Positions 33,585 through 43,593 of a DNA stretch of 64,000 nucleotides are shown here, piece by piece (position 1 is the stretch's first letter; each line of letters starts with the position of its first letter). Below the pieces are notes generated by a model. The model searched no databases and was not told the origin of the DNA. It saw only the letters and a program-made list of their open reading frames with translations. The translations under genes and the position numbers were made by a program. Source of the DNA: Patescibacteria group bacterium (lineage in GTDB: Bacteria; Patescibacteriota; Minisyncoccia; Phycocordibacterales; Phycocordibacteraceae). The stretch covers positions 59,359 through 123,358 of the forward strand of contig JAZKAU010000001.1 in NCBI GenBank assembly GCA_040388985.1. The letters run 5' to 3'.

Positions 33585-33740
33585 TGATAGAACTCTGTTC
33601 GTTCAAAAGACTCGGGAGCAGCTTGCAAGTGAAGTCCGGTGAAAAGCCGGCACTGTCGCGCAACGGTGATCCGCATCGAGCGATGCGGAAAGTCCGATCC
33701 TCGCAAGACTGAGACACGCCGTCTCCTGCTCCAGGCCCGC
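33585..33740 (+). ncRNA. Candidate cobalamin (AdoCbl) riboswitch in the nrdA leader
   Basis: ccggtgaaaagccgg + cactgtcgcgcaacggtga (compare the GGUGnnAAnUCC...ACnGnCCCGCAACGGUAA core) and a B12-box-like aagactgagacacgccg; followed by a terminator. Confidence 0.55.
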
Positions 33741-33780
33741 GCCAAGTATTTTTTCATGCTCCAAACAATCGGAAGCGATG

Positions 33781-33810
33781 AAAAGACCGGCGCCAGGCGC
33801 CGGTCTTTTC
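33781..33810 (+). terminator. Perfect terminator hairpin between the riboswitch candidate and the nrdA start (possible expression platform)
   Basis: aaaagaccggcgcc-a-ggcgccggtcttttc followed by att. Confidence 0.7.
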
Positions 33811-33834
33811 ATTATCACTTCATCACCCTGCCTC

Positions 33835-36723
33835 ATGCCCATGCTCGAAATAAAGAAGCGGAACGGAACCGTCGTTCCCTTCGACGCAGAAAAGATATCT
33901 GCAGCCATCGCGAAGGCCTTCATCGCCTCCAGTGAGACCGTTTCGGAAGAGGGGCTTGGCGAGATGACCGCGGACATCGTCGGCACGCTTGAGGCCAGAT
34001 TCCCTGAATATCCGCCATCCGTCGAGCATGTACAGGACGCGGTGGAGTTGGCGCTCATGCGCGGCGGCTACCTCGACGTAGCCAAGCAGTACATCGTCTA
34101 CCGCTACGAGCGTTCGAAGGTCCGCGAGGAGAAGAAGCAGGAGACGCTCGAGAAGATCGAGGAGGAAGGCCTGATGCTCACCAACGCATCGGGAGGACAG
34201 GAACGTTTCAATGAGGCGAAGGTTCGCGAGTCGCTTGCGCGCGTGTCCGAGGGCATGCCGGACGTAAGCGAACTCGACATGGACGCCATACTCGCGCAGC
34301 TCCGGTTCGAGCTGTATGAGGGCATGACGACTGCCGAGGTGCGCAAGGCGCTCGTTGCCGTCGTACGCTCGATGATCGAGCGCGACCCCGCATACTCGCG
34401 CCTCGCGGCGCGCCTCCTGCTCGACGGCCTCTACGCCGAGGTCTTCGGTCCCGAATATGACGCGAAGAATCCTCTCGACTCGCATGAGCGGGTCTTCGTG
34501 CGCAATATGAAGCAGCTCGTTGAAGCCGGCGACCTCGACGAGAGGATGGGCGAGTTCGACCTCGCGAAGCTCGCGCGTGCGATGAAGGTAGAGAACGATA
34601 CGCTTTTCGAATACATGGGCCTTGAGATCATGAGCAGCCGTTACTGCATGGAGGATCCGAAGACGAAGGCTCAGCTCGAGACTCCGCAGATGCTCTGGAT
34701 GCGCATCGCTATGGGCCTTGCCATCGCTGAGAAGCCGGAAGACCGCGAGAAAGCTGCTCTTGAGTTCTATGACGTGCTCTCGAATTTCTACTACACGCCC
34801 GGCGGCCGCACCCTCTTCCAGGCCGGCGTGAAGAAGGCCCAGCTTTCTAACTGCTTCCTCAACGTCGTTCCTGACTCGCTCGACGGCATCTTCAAGTCCT
34901 TCAGCGATAATGCTCAGTATCTGAAGTGGTCGGGCGGCACGGGAACCAGCTGGAGCCGCGTGCGCGCTACCGGATCCTTCATCAAGGGCACGGGCGTCGG
35001 TTCCCAGGGCCCTATACCGTTCCTCAAGATTGCCAACGACGTGAACATCGCCATCAACCGCTCCGGCAAGCGACGTGGCGCAGGCTGCGTATACCTTGAG
35101 AGCTGGCACCTCGATATCGAGGACTTCCTCGAGCTGCGTAAGAATACGGGCGACGAACGGCGACGTACGCATGACATAAATACCGCTAACTGGATCCCAG
35201 ACCTGTTCATGAAGCGCGTGCGCGATGGTGGCGAGTGGACTCTCTTCTCTCCGAACGACGTGCCAGAGCTTACCGAGATATATGGCGCGGCCTTCGAGAA
35301 GAAATATCAGGAGTACGAGGCTGCAGCCGATCGGGGCGAGATAGAGATCTATAAGCGCATTCCGGCCGCTGATCTCTGGAAGAAGATGATCGGCATGCTG
35401 TTCGAGACCGGGCACCCGTGGATTACCTGGAAGGACCCGTCCAACATCCGCTCACCGCAGGATCATGCCGGCGTCGTGCATAACAGCAACCTCTGCACCG
35501 AGATAACGCTCAATACGAGCGACGACGAGACGGCTGTCTGTACGCTCGGCTCTCTAAACTTCGCGAAGTTCGTCACCCGTGACGAGAACGGGAAGCCTAC
35601 CTTCGACTGTGATTTGGTCGCTAAGGTCACGCGCGTGGCAGTGCGCATGCTCGATAACGTCATCGATCTCAATTACTACCCGACCGTCGACTCGTACAAC
35701 GGCAATTCCCGCCATCGCCCTATCGGGCTCGGCGTACGCGGCTACCACGACGCGCTCTATATGCTCGGACTCCAGTTCGACAGTCCTGAGGCGGTCGCCT
35801 TCGCCGACGAGAGCATGGAAGTCATGGCCTACTACACCATCCTCGCCTCAAGCGAGCTCGCGAAGGAGCGAGGTACCTATTCGACCTATAAGGGCTCGAA
35901 GTGGGACCGCGATATCTTCCCGCAGGACACCATCGACCTGCTTGAGGCTGAGCGCGGCGAGGAGATCAAGGTGAAGCGTGGCGGGAAGCTCGACTGGACG
36001 CCGGTCCGCGCTCATGTGAAGCAATACGGCATGCGCAACTCGAACACCATGGCTATCGCGCCTACCGCGTCTACGGCGAACCTGGTGGGTTGCATCCCGT
36101 GCGTCGAGCCTATCTACAAGAACATCTACGTGAAGAGCAACAAGGAAGGGGAGTTCGTCGTCGTGAACAAGTATCTTGTCGAAGACCTCAAGAAGGAAGG
36201 CCTCTGGAGCGCCGCGATGCTCAACCGCATCAAGTATGCTGACGGCAGCATCCAGGACATCATGGAGATTCCCGCGCATCTGCGCGAGAAGTACAAGGAG
36301 GTCTTCGAGATCGACGGCAAGTGGCTGGTGGAAGCTGCGGCACGGCGCGGGAAGTGGATAGACCAATCCCAGTCCCTTAACATCTTCTACAATGGCACCA
36401 GCGGCCGCGACCTCTCTGAAATATACTTCAAGGCGTGGGAAATGGGCCTCAAGACTACGTACTATCTGCGTACTCTTGGCGCTTCCCAAGTAGAGAAAGC
36501 TACCGTCTCAAGCAGCGAATACGGCTCGACTCACACCCGCACCAGCGGCGCTCCGCTCGCGCAGGCAGTGGCAGTGGCAGAAGCAGTCGTAGCGCGCGCA
36601 GAGATGCCGCAGCGGCCCGTTTTGAGCGTTCCAAGCGGCTTCTCGCCGGAGGAGTGGAAGGCAAAGCTGGCACGAGTCGCCGCGGGTGAAGAGTCGGGCA
36701 TCTGCGAATCCTGTGAGTCTTAG
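33835..36723 (+). CDS. nrdA: Ribonucleotide reductase class I alpha subunit
   Basis: ATP-cone N-terminus, catalytic NLCTEI...CTLGSLN, C-terminal Cys pair; start moved downstream of the terminator hairpin that the track ORF runs through. Confidence 0.9.
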   Translation: MPMLEIKKRNGTVVPFDAEKISAAIAKAFIASSETVSEEGLGEMTADIVGTLEARFPEYPPSVEHVQDAVELALMRGGYLDVAKQYIVYRYERSKVREEKKQETLEKIEEEGLMLTNASGGQERFNEAKVRESLARVSEGMPDVSELDMDAILAQLRFELYEGMTTAEVRKALVAVVRSMIERDPAYSRLAARLLLDGLYAEVFGPEYDAKNPLDSHERVFVRNMKQLVEAGDLDERMGEFDLAKLARAMKVENDTLFEYMGLEIMSSRYCMEDPKTKAQLETPQMLWMRIAMGLAIAEKPEDREKAALEFYDVLSNFYYTPGGRTLFQAGVKKAQLSNCFLNVVPDSLDGIFKSFSDNAQYLKWSGGTGTSWSRVRATGSFIKGTGVGSQGPIPFLKIANDVNIAINRSGKRRGAGCVYLESWHLDIEDFLELRKNTGDERRRTHDINTANWIPDLFMKRVRDGGEWTLFSPNDVPELTEIYGAAFEKKYQEYEAAADRGEIEIYKRIPAADLWKKMIGMLFETGHPWITWKDPSNIRSPQDHAGVVHNSNLCTEITLNTSDDETAVCTLGSLNFAKFVTRDENGKPTFDCDLVAKVTRVAVRMLDNVIDLNYYPTVDSYNGNSRHRPIGLGVRGYHDALYMLGLQFDSPEAVAFADESMEVMAYYTILASSELAKERGTYSTYKGSKWDRDIFPQDTIDLLEAERGEEIKVKRGGKLDWTPVRAHVKQYGMRNSNTMAIAPTASTANLVGCIPCVEPIYKNIYVKSNKEGEFVVVNKYLVEDLKKEGLWSAAMLNRIKYADGSIQDIMEIPAHLREKYKEVFEIDGKWLVEAAARRGKWIDQSQSLNIFYNGTSGRDLSEIYFKAWEMGLKTTYYLRTLGASQVEKATVSSSEYGSTHTRTSGAPLAQAVAVAEAVVARAEMPQRPVLSVPSGFSPEEWKAKLARVAAGEESGICESCES

Positions 36724-36742
36724 AACGGGTTAAAATCCCTTT

Positions 36743-36822
36743 CTGCGTCGTTATGGGTCCCACCGGATTCTCTCACCGTAGGTCCACTACGACTCGAGAA
36801 TCCTCCTCCCATGCCTCGCATA
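36743..36822 (+). repeat. Structured intergenic element, copy 2 of 3 (nrdA-nrdB spacer)
   Basis: ctgcgtcgttatgggtccc + stem ggattctc/gagaatcc around loop tcaccgtaggtcc... + tcccatgcctcgcat. Confidence 0.55.
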
Positions 36823-36911
36823 AAGGAATTTTCCCTCCGTTCTAGCTGAAACAATCAGAGTGCTTCTGACTTACGAAGAAAAGTCGAATTATAGAAATAA
36901 CCAATCCATAT

Positions 36912-37946
36912 ATGCCCATCAACAAAGGAGCTGCGCCCGTGAATATCAATAATCGCAAGGTCATCAATGGCGGCGACGCAGACGTCATGCAGCTCTATCC
37001 CATGAAGCATCACTTCGCGTGGGAGGCATATATGGCAGGGAACGCCAACCACTGGCTTCCGACCGAGATAAGCATGCAGCGCGACATCGAGCAGTGGAAG
37101 AGCACCACGGTGCTAACCAGTGATGAGCGCAAGGCCTTTGAGACCGTTCTAGGCTTCTTTACGACTGCGGACTCCATAGCGGCCAATAACGTCGTACTCG
37201 CCCTCTACAAGCACATCACGAGCCCTGAGTGCCGCATGTATCTGCTCCGCCAGGGATACGAGGAAGCCATCCACACGCACGCCTATCAATACATCGTAGA
37301 GTCCCTCGGCATGGACGAGAGCAAGATATTCAACATGTATAGGGAAGTCGAAAGCATCTACAACAAGGACAACATGATCCTGTCGCTCAACGAGGGCATC
37401 TTCGCCGACGACTTCAAGACCGGAACCTTCGAGAACGACCAGAAATTCCTCGAGAACCTCTGCGTCTTCTCCCTCATTCTCGAAGGCATCTTCTTCTACT
37501 CGTCCTTTGCCGTCATGTTCGGCTTCCAGCGTCAGAATAAGCTCACCGGAAGCGCTGAGCAGATCCAGTACATCATGCGCGACGAGTCCCAGCACCTCAA
37601 TTTCGGCGTGAACATGATAAACGCCATCAAGGAAGAGCAGCCGGAGCTCTGGACGCCTGAATTCGAGCAACGCATCATCGATCTCGTGAAGCGTGCTGTC
37701 GTGCTCGAATACACTTTTGCAGCTGAAGTCTTCCCGCGCGGCATCTTCGGTATGAATGCAGCCGGCTTCAAGCAGTACATCGAGCATATCGCCGATCGCC
37801 GGCTTGCAGCCGTGGGTCTGCCCGCTCAGTACAACGTCGCCAATCCGTTCACCTGGATGAGCGAAGCCGTAGACCTCAACAAGGAGAAGAACTTCTTCGA
37901 GACCCGCGTCACCGAGTACAAGACGGGCGGAACTCTGGATTGGTAG
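36912..37946 (+). CDS. nrdB: Ribonucleotide reductase class I beta subunit
   Basis: Ferritin-like diiron ligands (EEAIHTHAY..., ILEGIFFYSSFA..., RDESQHL). Confidence 0.9.
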   Translation: MPINKGAAPVNINNRKVINGGDADVMQLYPMKHHFAWEAYMAGNANHWLPTEISMQRDIEQWKSTTVLTSDERKAFETVLGFFTTADSIAANNVVLALYKHITSPECRMYLLRQGYEEAIHTHAYQYIVESLGMDESKIFNMYREVESIYNKDNMILSLNEGIFADDFKTGTFENDQKFLENLCVFSLILEGIFFYSSFAVMFGFQRQNKLTGSAEQIQYIMRDESQHLNFGVNMINAIKEEQPELWTPEFEQRIIDLVKRAVVLEYTFAAEVFPRGIFGMNAAGFKQYIEHIADRRLAAVGLPAQYNVANPFTWMSEAVDLNKEKNFFETRVTEYKTGGTLDW

Positions 37947-37976
37947 AGGATATTAAAAGAAGTTACATACACGAAG

Positions 37977-38011
37977 AAAAGGGCGCTGGCTCGGAAGCCA
38001 GCGCCCTTTTG
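37977..38011. terminator. Bidirectional terminator hairpin
   Basis: aaaagggcgctggc-tcggaa-gccagcgcccttttg. Confidence 0.7.
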
Positions 38012-38033
38012 CCTTCTTACATGACCTCGAAGC

Positions 38034-39152
38034 TTATGCTGCTTCGGCCCGCTCCCTCGAATCCAGGATCTTCTGGATCCATGCCTTGAGGCCCTCGAGG
38101 TCTTGGCTCGCTAGCACGAAGCGCTCGAGCAGCTCTTCGAGTTCCGCGTCGGTCGCCGTGTCATACGCCTGATGGAAGTCTGCGGGTCGCCAGTCGTGGA
38201 GCGGCGATGCGCTTATTTCCGACAAGAACGTGTCGACAAGCTTCCGTCGTCTCGCCGGCTGGAACCGCTCGGTCTTGTCATTGGCACTCCCCACTCGTGC
38301 GCTTAGCTGCTGGGCTCGGTCCTTGATCAGATTGATGGCCCGAAGAGCCCCCCAGTGGTTATGCTGGATTACGCGCAAAAGCATCCGCTGGAGTTCGAAC
38401 CGCCGACCGTCATCGTCAAGCGCTTCGAACAGAACATCGACACCGTCTGCAGGATGTGCGAACGGGCCGAGCTGATCGAGAAGCTCGTCAAGTTCCCCAA
38501 CTGTCGGGATCTTCACTGCTCCCAGCTCCGCAGCAATCGTTATCGCAAGGCGTTTCTTTTCGTTGATTTCCGGCTTAAGCAGCTCTTGGATATCCGGTGC
38601 GAGCCGAGTGAGACTCATGCGCGAGTATAGGTGCGGGACTGACTTTCCGCGATGTTTGGCGATTACCTCCATCGTGAGCCCTTGCTCTCGCAGACCCACC
38701 ACTTCGTACCCTTGCTCGAGCGGCGAGAGGTCCTTGTGGCCGGAATTAAGCAAGGAAGCATCAAGACGGTGATCCGCTTCCGTTGCATATATCCGGACAT
38801 GGATGGGAATCGCTTCGATTTCTGCTCTACTTGCACTTGTCCAGCGCCGATGGCCCGAGACAATGGCGAAGAACGCGCCATCGAATTCAGGCGCCAGCTT
38901 GACCCACGGGGCAAGATGTCGAGGAGTGACCGTGATTGACTCACGTACTCCTGACGCGCCGACGCTTTCCTGCAGTTCGGCGAGGTCAGCCTCGTCGATA
39001 TGCCGCCGAGGCTGGTCGGGGTCGGGGGCGCACACGCTGGGATGTGCGAATCCGGCTCCGTCCTGCTGGCTCCACCACTCGCATGGTACGTTCGAGATGT
39101 GTACCACTCTCCCGTCAGGGAGCGTGGCCTCACGGAGTGAGGTCTCAGTCAT
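38034..39152 (-). CDS. ParB/Srx-domain (ParB-like nuclease fold) protein, stand-alone
   Basis: FFAIVSGHRRW (ParB N-domain GxRR motif); start placed at MTETSL with AAGGAGG 9 nt upstream. Confidence 0.5.
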   Translation of the reverse strand: MTETSLREATLPDGRVVHISNVPCEWWSQQDGAGFAHPSVCAPDPDQPRRHIDEADLAELQESVGASGVRESITVTPRHLAPWVKLAPEFDGAFFAIVSGHRRWTSASRAEIEAIPIHVRIYATEADHRLDASLLNSGHKDLSPLEQGYEVVGLREQGLTMEVIAKHRGKSVPHLYSRMSLTRLAPDIQELLKPEINEKKRLAITIAAELGAVKIPTVGELDELLDQLGPFAHPADGVDVLFEALDDDGRRFELQRMLLRVIQHNHWGALRAINLIKDRAQQLSARVGSANDKTERFQPARRRKLVDTFLSEISASPLHDWRPADFHQAYDTATDAELEELLERFVLASQDLEGLKAWIQKILDSRERAEAA

Positions 39153-39379
39153 TGCGGCACCCTCCTTTCGGGTCGCTTGAGTTAAGGTCCATGAACATTT
39201 CAAAGACCTGGACTAAGTGCAGCGTAGCCCCTGAAGCAATATAGTCAATCCCTTTTGAATTAACATGGTTTGCCGAGAAGTCAAACGTTACGCCCGACTC
39301 CAGATTCCAAGCAATTCTACATCAGGGGCTATGAGTTCAAGCATGTCTAAATCTTCATACATCGTGCTAGCATGACCGG

Positions 39380-40096
39380 ATGAAAACAGTCGGGATAGTA
39401 GGATACGGGCAATTCGGCCGCTTCATGGCGGCCCACCTTTCTAAGTATGCTCAGGTGCGGGCATTCGACGTGGCGGGAAAGGAAGGCGTTCTCCTCGTTT
39501 CACTGACTGACGTAGCTAGCAGCGACCTCCTTATCTTTGCCGTACCTGTCCAGAATCTTGAAGAAGCCTGCGAGCAGGTAGTGCCGCATGTAAGCCCCGG
39601 AGCTCTGATCGTCGATGTCTCGTCGGTGAAGATGCGTCCGCTCGCCATCCTAAAGGCTTATTTCCCAGATCATGAGATACTCGGCACGCATCCGATCTTC
39701 GGCCCGCAATCAGGCAAGGACGGGATAGAAGGACTTCCGCTTGTCGTTGCGAACGTGTCATGGACTTCCGAGCATTATAATCAGATACTGCGCTTCCTTT
39801 CAGGTACGCTCGGCTTGCATGTGATCGAGCGAACTCCGGAAGAACACGACAGGGAGATGGCGCGAGTTCAGGGCCTTACGCACTTCATTGGCAAGGCGCT
39901 GGTGCGCCTGGATATACAGGAATACGAGACGGGTACGATGAGTTACAACCAGCTCATAAAGCTTCGAGAACTCCTGAAGGATGACTCCTGGGAACTCTTC
40001 AAGACGATAGAGAACGAGAATCCGTACGCTCAGGAAGTCAGAGAGGGATTCCTGACCACGCTTGCCATCCTTGAGAAAGAGCTGAAAGATATGTAG
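39380..40096 (+). CDS. Prephenate/arogenate dehydrogenase family protein
   Basis: N-terminal Rossmann VGIVGYGQFGRFMAAHL; 238 aa. Confidence 0.5.
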   Translation: MKTVGIVGYGQFGRFMAAHLSKYAQVRAFDVAGKEGVLLVSLTDVASSDLLIFAVPVQNLEEACEQVVPHVSPGALIVDVSSVKMRPLAILKAYFPDHEILGTHPIFGPQSGKDGIEGLPLVVANVSWTSEHYNQILRFLSGTLGLHVIERTPEEHDREMARVQGLTHFIGKALVRLDIQEYETGTMSYNQLIKLRELLKDDSWELFKTIENENPYAQEVREGFLTTLAILEKELKDM

Positions 40097-40138
40097 CAAG
40101 GGGGTTTACGCGGAAACGATCCGGCATATTATATATTT

Positions 40139-40849
40139 ATGTTCCATATAAGACCGAATTCCGAAGATGCCTTCCATGTCATTCTGGGCGAGTTGCTCGG
40201 GCTTTGGCTTATCGCCAACGCCGGATACTATCTCATTTTCTATACGTTCAACTTCGGTCTGAGCTACAATACGGCACCGATAACCATCGCGCTTTACTTC
40301 TTGCTGTGGGCCGGAGTGAGTATCTTCTCCTTCTGGGACATCCTTCGGGAGTGGCTTAACGTCGAGCGGCGTATCTGGGTCTATGGCCTATGGAGCCTCG
40401 GATTCGCCGCGCTTATGTGGGTGCTTCTCTATCTCTTCGCGCATTTGCCCGCCGTATCAGGTCTGCAAGTCGCACCCTTCACTGATATCCTGTTCGCGAC
40501 TCCCTGGTATTTCCTGCCCAAATCTACCGAGGTCTTGGTCCAGCAGATACTCATGACTATCCTCGTGCTTGAGCTCAACTATCGATACCGTTCGCTCTAC
40601 AAGGTGATTCTGGGCTACATCGTATGCTTCGGCGGATCGCATCTGCTCCTTTTTCTCTTCTTCAATCCTGCTGCCACCGTATACGCGGCCGCGATGACCA
40701 TCGGCTCGCTATTCTCTGCGCTAGTCTTCCCGTATCTCATCCTTCGCGTGCGGGGAGGATTCATCTATACCTACGCCATCCATCTTCTCTTCTACATCTT
40801 CCTTGCGATGGCGCTCCACGCCTGGCCGCCGCCGGGGTATATCGCTTAG
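40139..40849 (+). CDS. Polytopic membrane protein (possibly CPBP-like)
   Basis: 236 aa, 6-7 TM helices; weak E..Q / FGGSH / H...L motifs. Confidence 0.35.
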   Translation: MFHIRPNSEDAFHVILGELLGLWLIANAGYYLIFYTFNFGLSYNTAPITIALYFLLWAGVSIFSFWDILREWLNVERRIWVYGLWSLGFAALMWVLLYLFAHLPAVSGLQVAPFTDILFATPWYFLPKSTEVLVQQILMTILVLELNYRYRSLYKVILGYIVCFGGSHLLLFLFFNPAATVYAAAMTIGSLFSALVFPYLILRVRGGFIYTYAIHLLFYIFLAMALHAWPPPGYIA

Positions 40850-41484
40850 GGTTCTACATTTCTCACAGACAGATTCTAGGAATCTGCAAAACAAGCTGTT
40901 ATTGCGTCACCCTCTGTAGCAGATTTCCTCGGCCTTCCAAAGTTTGATATGGCGGATGTTGATGTAAAAGTATAGTAATCTCCGTGCCCATTAATACTAG
41001 GATAATAATTGATGCGTTTTAGGTAGTCTGACCTTTTCGAAAAGTACCATCATCATACGAGCGCGGCAGCAGCACCAGGCCGAATACCACCCGCTCGCAC
41101 GGCTTGGGCCAGGCAGACTTTCCACTGAACAGCGCGTAGAGGAAGGTGAGGATGCAGGCGACGGCGCCCGTAGCTAACTGGAGCGTCGACACCCACTCGC
41201 CGGTCATCTCCCGATACTACAGAGCGTTGAGCGTTGAACATACGCCCAGATGCTTTAGTTCATCGTACTGGGCGTTACTGCCCGAGCTTGCTCTGAACGT
41301 TATAGATCACATAGGGACGACGCTCCACTCTAGAGGCCTTTTTCCAGAAAAATCTGAAAAGAATTTGAGATTTATCTTACCTTCGTTTTGAAAAGATACT
41401 CGTGCGCAGAGATAGTTCTTTCGGACTATACGCTGACGCGTCCGGCACGGTATCCCTTATACGCTTATCTCAGATCCATATTCT

Positions 41485-43104
41485 ATGAACCTGATCTCTG
41501 CTTCCGTGCGGCGTGGCCTCGTTCACGCGCTCTCGATCGGCACAATTACGACCGCTCTTATATTTCTTGTATCACCAGCCCTTGCGCTCGCGAGCCCACC
41601 TACCTGCACCCTAACCGCAACGCCTTCGACGGTAGACGTAGGGGACCACGTTACCCTGAACTGGGCTTCGACGGGCGCTACGTACGGCACGTGGCTGCAG
41701 GATGCTGCCGCAGCCGTACTCGGACTCTCCGGAGATGCTCTTCTTGCAAGCGGTTCGGAGGATTTTCTTGTCGGAAGCACTACTGGCACGATCACCCCGA
41801 CGCTACAGGTCGCACAGACCGCTAAGACCTTGACCCAGGTGGCCTCGACATCGCTTCCTGCGTTCACGAACGCGATCGGTCTAGAGATCGTCGGAAATTA
41901 TGCCTATGTGGTGGACGCGGGTGCGAGCCATCAATTAGATGTCATCAGCATCGCTAATCCGACTGCGCCTGCGGTAGTCGGAACGACCAGCAGCCTGACG
42001 AACCTGAACGGTGCCTTCTACATCAAGATTTCCGGAAACTACGCCTTTGTCACCGCGACTGGAAGCGATCGCCTCACCGTAGTGGATATATCGAACCCGA
42101 CTGCGCCTGCGGTCGTCGCGTCGCTAAGCGATTCAAGGTTCTCCGCACCGCGCGGCCTGTTCTTGGTCGGAAACTATGCCTATGTAGTCGGGAATAGCCA
42201 AGGGAGTCTCAGCATCGTGGATATCTCGAACCCGCTGGCTCCGGTGATCAAGGGTTCGCTCACTGACTCGACCATACTCAGCGGGGGAGATTCTCTCTTT
42301 GTCGACGGCCGGTATGCCTACGTCACGGCAGGGCAGAGCAGTACGCTTGCCGTTATCGACATAGCTAGCTCGACGGCTCCCGCCATCGTAGGAACGCTGG
42401 TTGACCCGATACGGATGAATAATCCGAAAGAGCTCCTGGTCTCGGGTAACTACGCGTATGTAACGGCCTTAGCAAGCAATGCGCTCGTAATAGTCGATAT
42501 CTCGAGCTCGACCGCGCCTACGATAGTCAGTGCGCTATCAGATACCACCCGGCTCGCAGGGCCGAAGAATCTGACGATATTCGATGGCATTGCATACATC
42601 GCTGCCAATAGCGGTAGGAGTCTGGTAATGGCGGATATTACCGATCCGCATGCCCCATTCATCATTGACTCGAAGAGAGACACGACAAACCTGAGCGATC
42701 CTCGCGGAGTAGCTATAAGTGGCGGCTATATATTCATAGCGTCTGGGAATATATTCGACGTGTTCACGACGGTCGAAACGTCGCTTGCCAGCGATTGCTC
42801 CGCCACTATTACGGTAAGCGGCGGGACGCAGCAGCCTACCGCTACGGTCGACAGCGTCCTGAACAGCGCTGGAAACGCTACGATAAGCGGCACGGCTACC
42901 GGCCCGACCTCGCTCACCGTCATCATCTATCCATCCTTCGATAGTGATACGGTCGTCTATCGCGATGATCAGGTACCGGTGAGCGGCGGCCACTGGTCAG
43001 TGACCGCGCCTCTTCAATCCGGGAGCTATACCGTTGAAGTCCACAGCTCAAGCCAAAGCCCTTCAGCAGGAACGTATCTGACCAGCAGTACGTTCTCGGT
43101 GTAG
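41485..43104 (+). CDS. Secreted LVIVD-repeat beta-propeller protein (paralog 2)
   Basis: Same 539-aa length and repeat architecture as 28694..30313, collinear identity throughout. Confidence 0.65.
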   Translation: MNLISASVRRGLVHALSIGTITTALIFLVSPALALASPPTCTLTATPSTVDVGDHVTLNWASTGATYGTWLQDAAAAVLGLSGDALLASGSEDFLVGSTTGTITPTLQVAQTAKTLTQVASTSLPAFTNAIGLEIVGNYAYVVDAGASHQLDVISIANPTAPAVVGTTSSLTNLNGAFYIKISGNYAFVTATGSDRLTVVDISNPTAPAVVASLSDSRFSAPRGLFLVGNYAYVVGNSQGSLSIVDISNPLAPVIKGSLTDSTILSGGDSLFVDGRYAYVTAGQSSTLAVIDIASSTAPAIVGTLVDPIRMNNPKELLVSGNYAYVTALASNALVIVDISSSTAPTIVSALSDTTRLAGPKNLTIFDGIAYIAANSGRSLVMADITDPHAPFIIDSKRDTTNLSDPRGVAISGGYIFIASGNIFDVFTTVETSLASDCSATITVSGGTQQPTATVDSVLNSAGNATISGTATGPTSLTVIIYPSFDSDTVVYRDDQVPVSGGHWSVTAPLQSGSYTVEVHSSSQSPSAGTYLTSSTFSV

Positions 43105-43148
43105 TCTGGTCAGACAATCAAAGGGTCAATCGGACTGGCAGCGGAGGA

Positions 43149-43186
43149 TTCAGCCTAAGACAAAGAGGCTCGCAAAAGCCTCTTTG
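43149..43186 (+). terminator. Intrinsic terminator after LVIVD paralog 2
   Basis: gacaaagaggct-cgcaaa-agcctctttgtc-tttgcttgtt. Confidence 0.65.
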
Positions 43187-43504
43187 TCTTTGCTTGTTCG
43201 CACTGGCTAATGACTTTAGAACGATAGACTGGGTAAAGGAATACCCGATTCCGGAGATAACCCTGAAGCAGATCTCTACCTGCGGGCAGGATCCTTCCAC
43301 ACCGGGCAGGCAGCTTGCTGTGCAACTACACTTGGATCTTAATAGTAGCTTCGCTCCTTTAAAATCTCGGCGTACACCTTGCGGCTTCTCCTCGAAGACT
43401 CAGAAAATGCTCACAAGGTCTTCGAATCCTGCACGTAAGCGCCCCACGCTTACTCTGGGAAACCAATAAGAAAGCGCCCAAGAGGCGCTTTCTTATTGGT
43501 TTCC

Positions 43505-43530
43505 CTGGCTGTGTGGGACAACGTTGGAAC
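43505..43530 (+). repeat. 26-bp perfect direct repeat, copy 1 (ctggctgtgtgggacaacgttggaac)
   Basis: Identical to 44105-44130, exactly 600 bp apart; both copies lie just after terminator hairpins. Confidence 0.8.
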
Positions 43531-43593
43531 TTTCTTAAGGAAATATGCACTAGCAATGGACTAAGTTAAGTGTTTGTATTATAATGCGCTCAG

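Noticed and set aside
33352-34058. Several small ORFs on both strands across the nrdA leader
   Set aside because: They cross the riboswitch-like region and the perfect terminator hairpin, so the real nrdA start is downstream at 33835.
41019-41207. 62-aa minus-strand ORF in the 620-nt gap before LVIVD paralog 2
   Set aside because: One hydrophobic stretch but no start context or conservation evidence. The gap more likely holds degraded duplicated leader sequence.
43282-43313. Second gcgggcagg-like copy at 43301-43313 as an alternative attL
   Set aside because: It is shorter (cgggcagg only), so 43282-43292 fits better. Both are weak and need an empty-site comparison.
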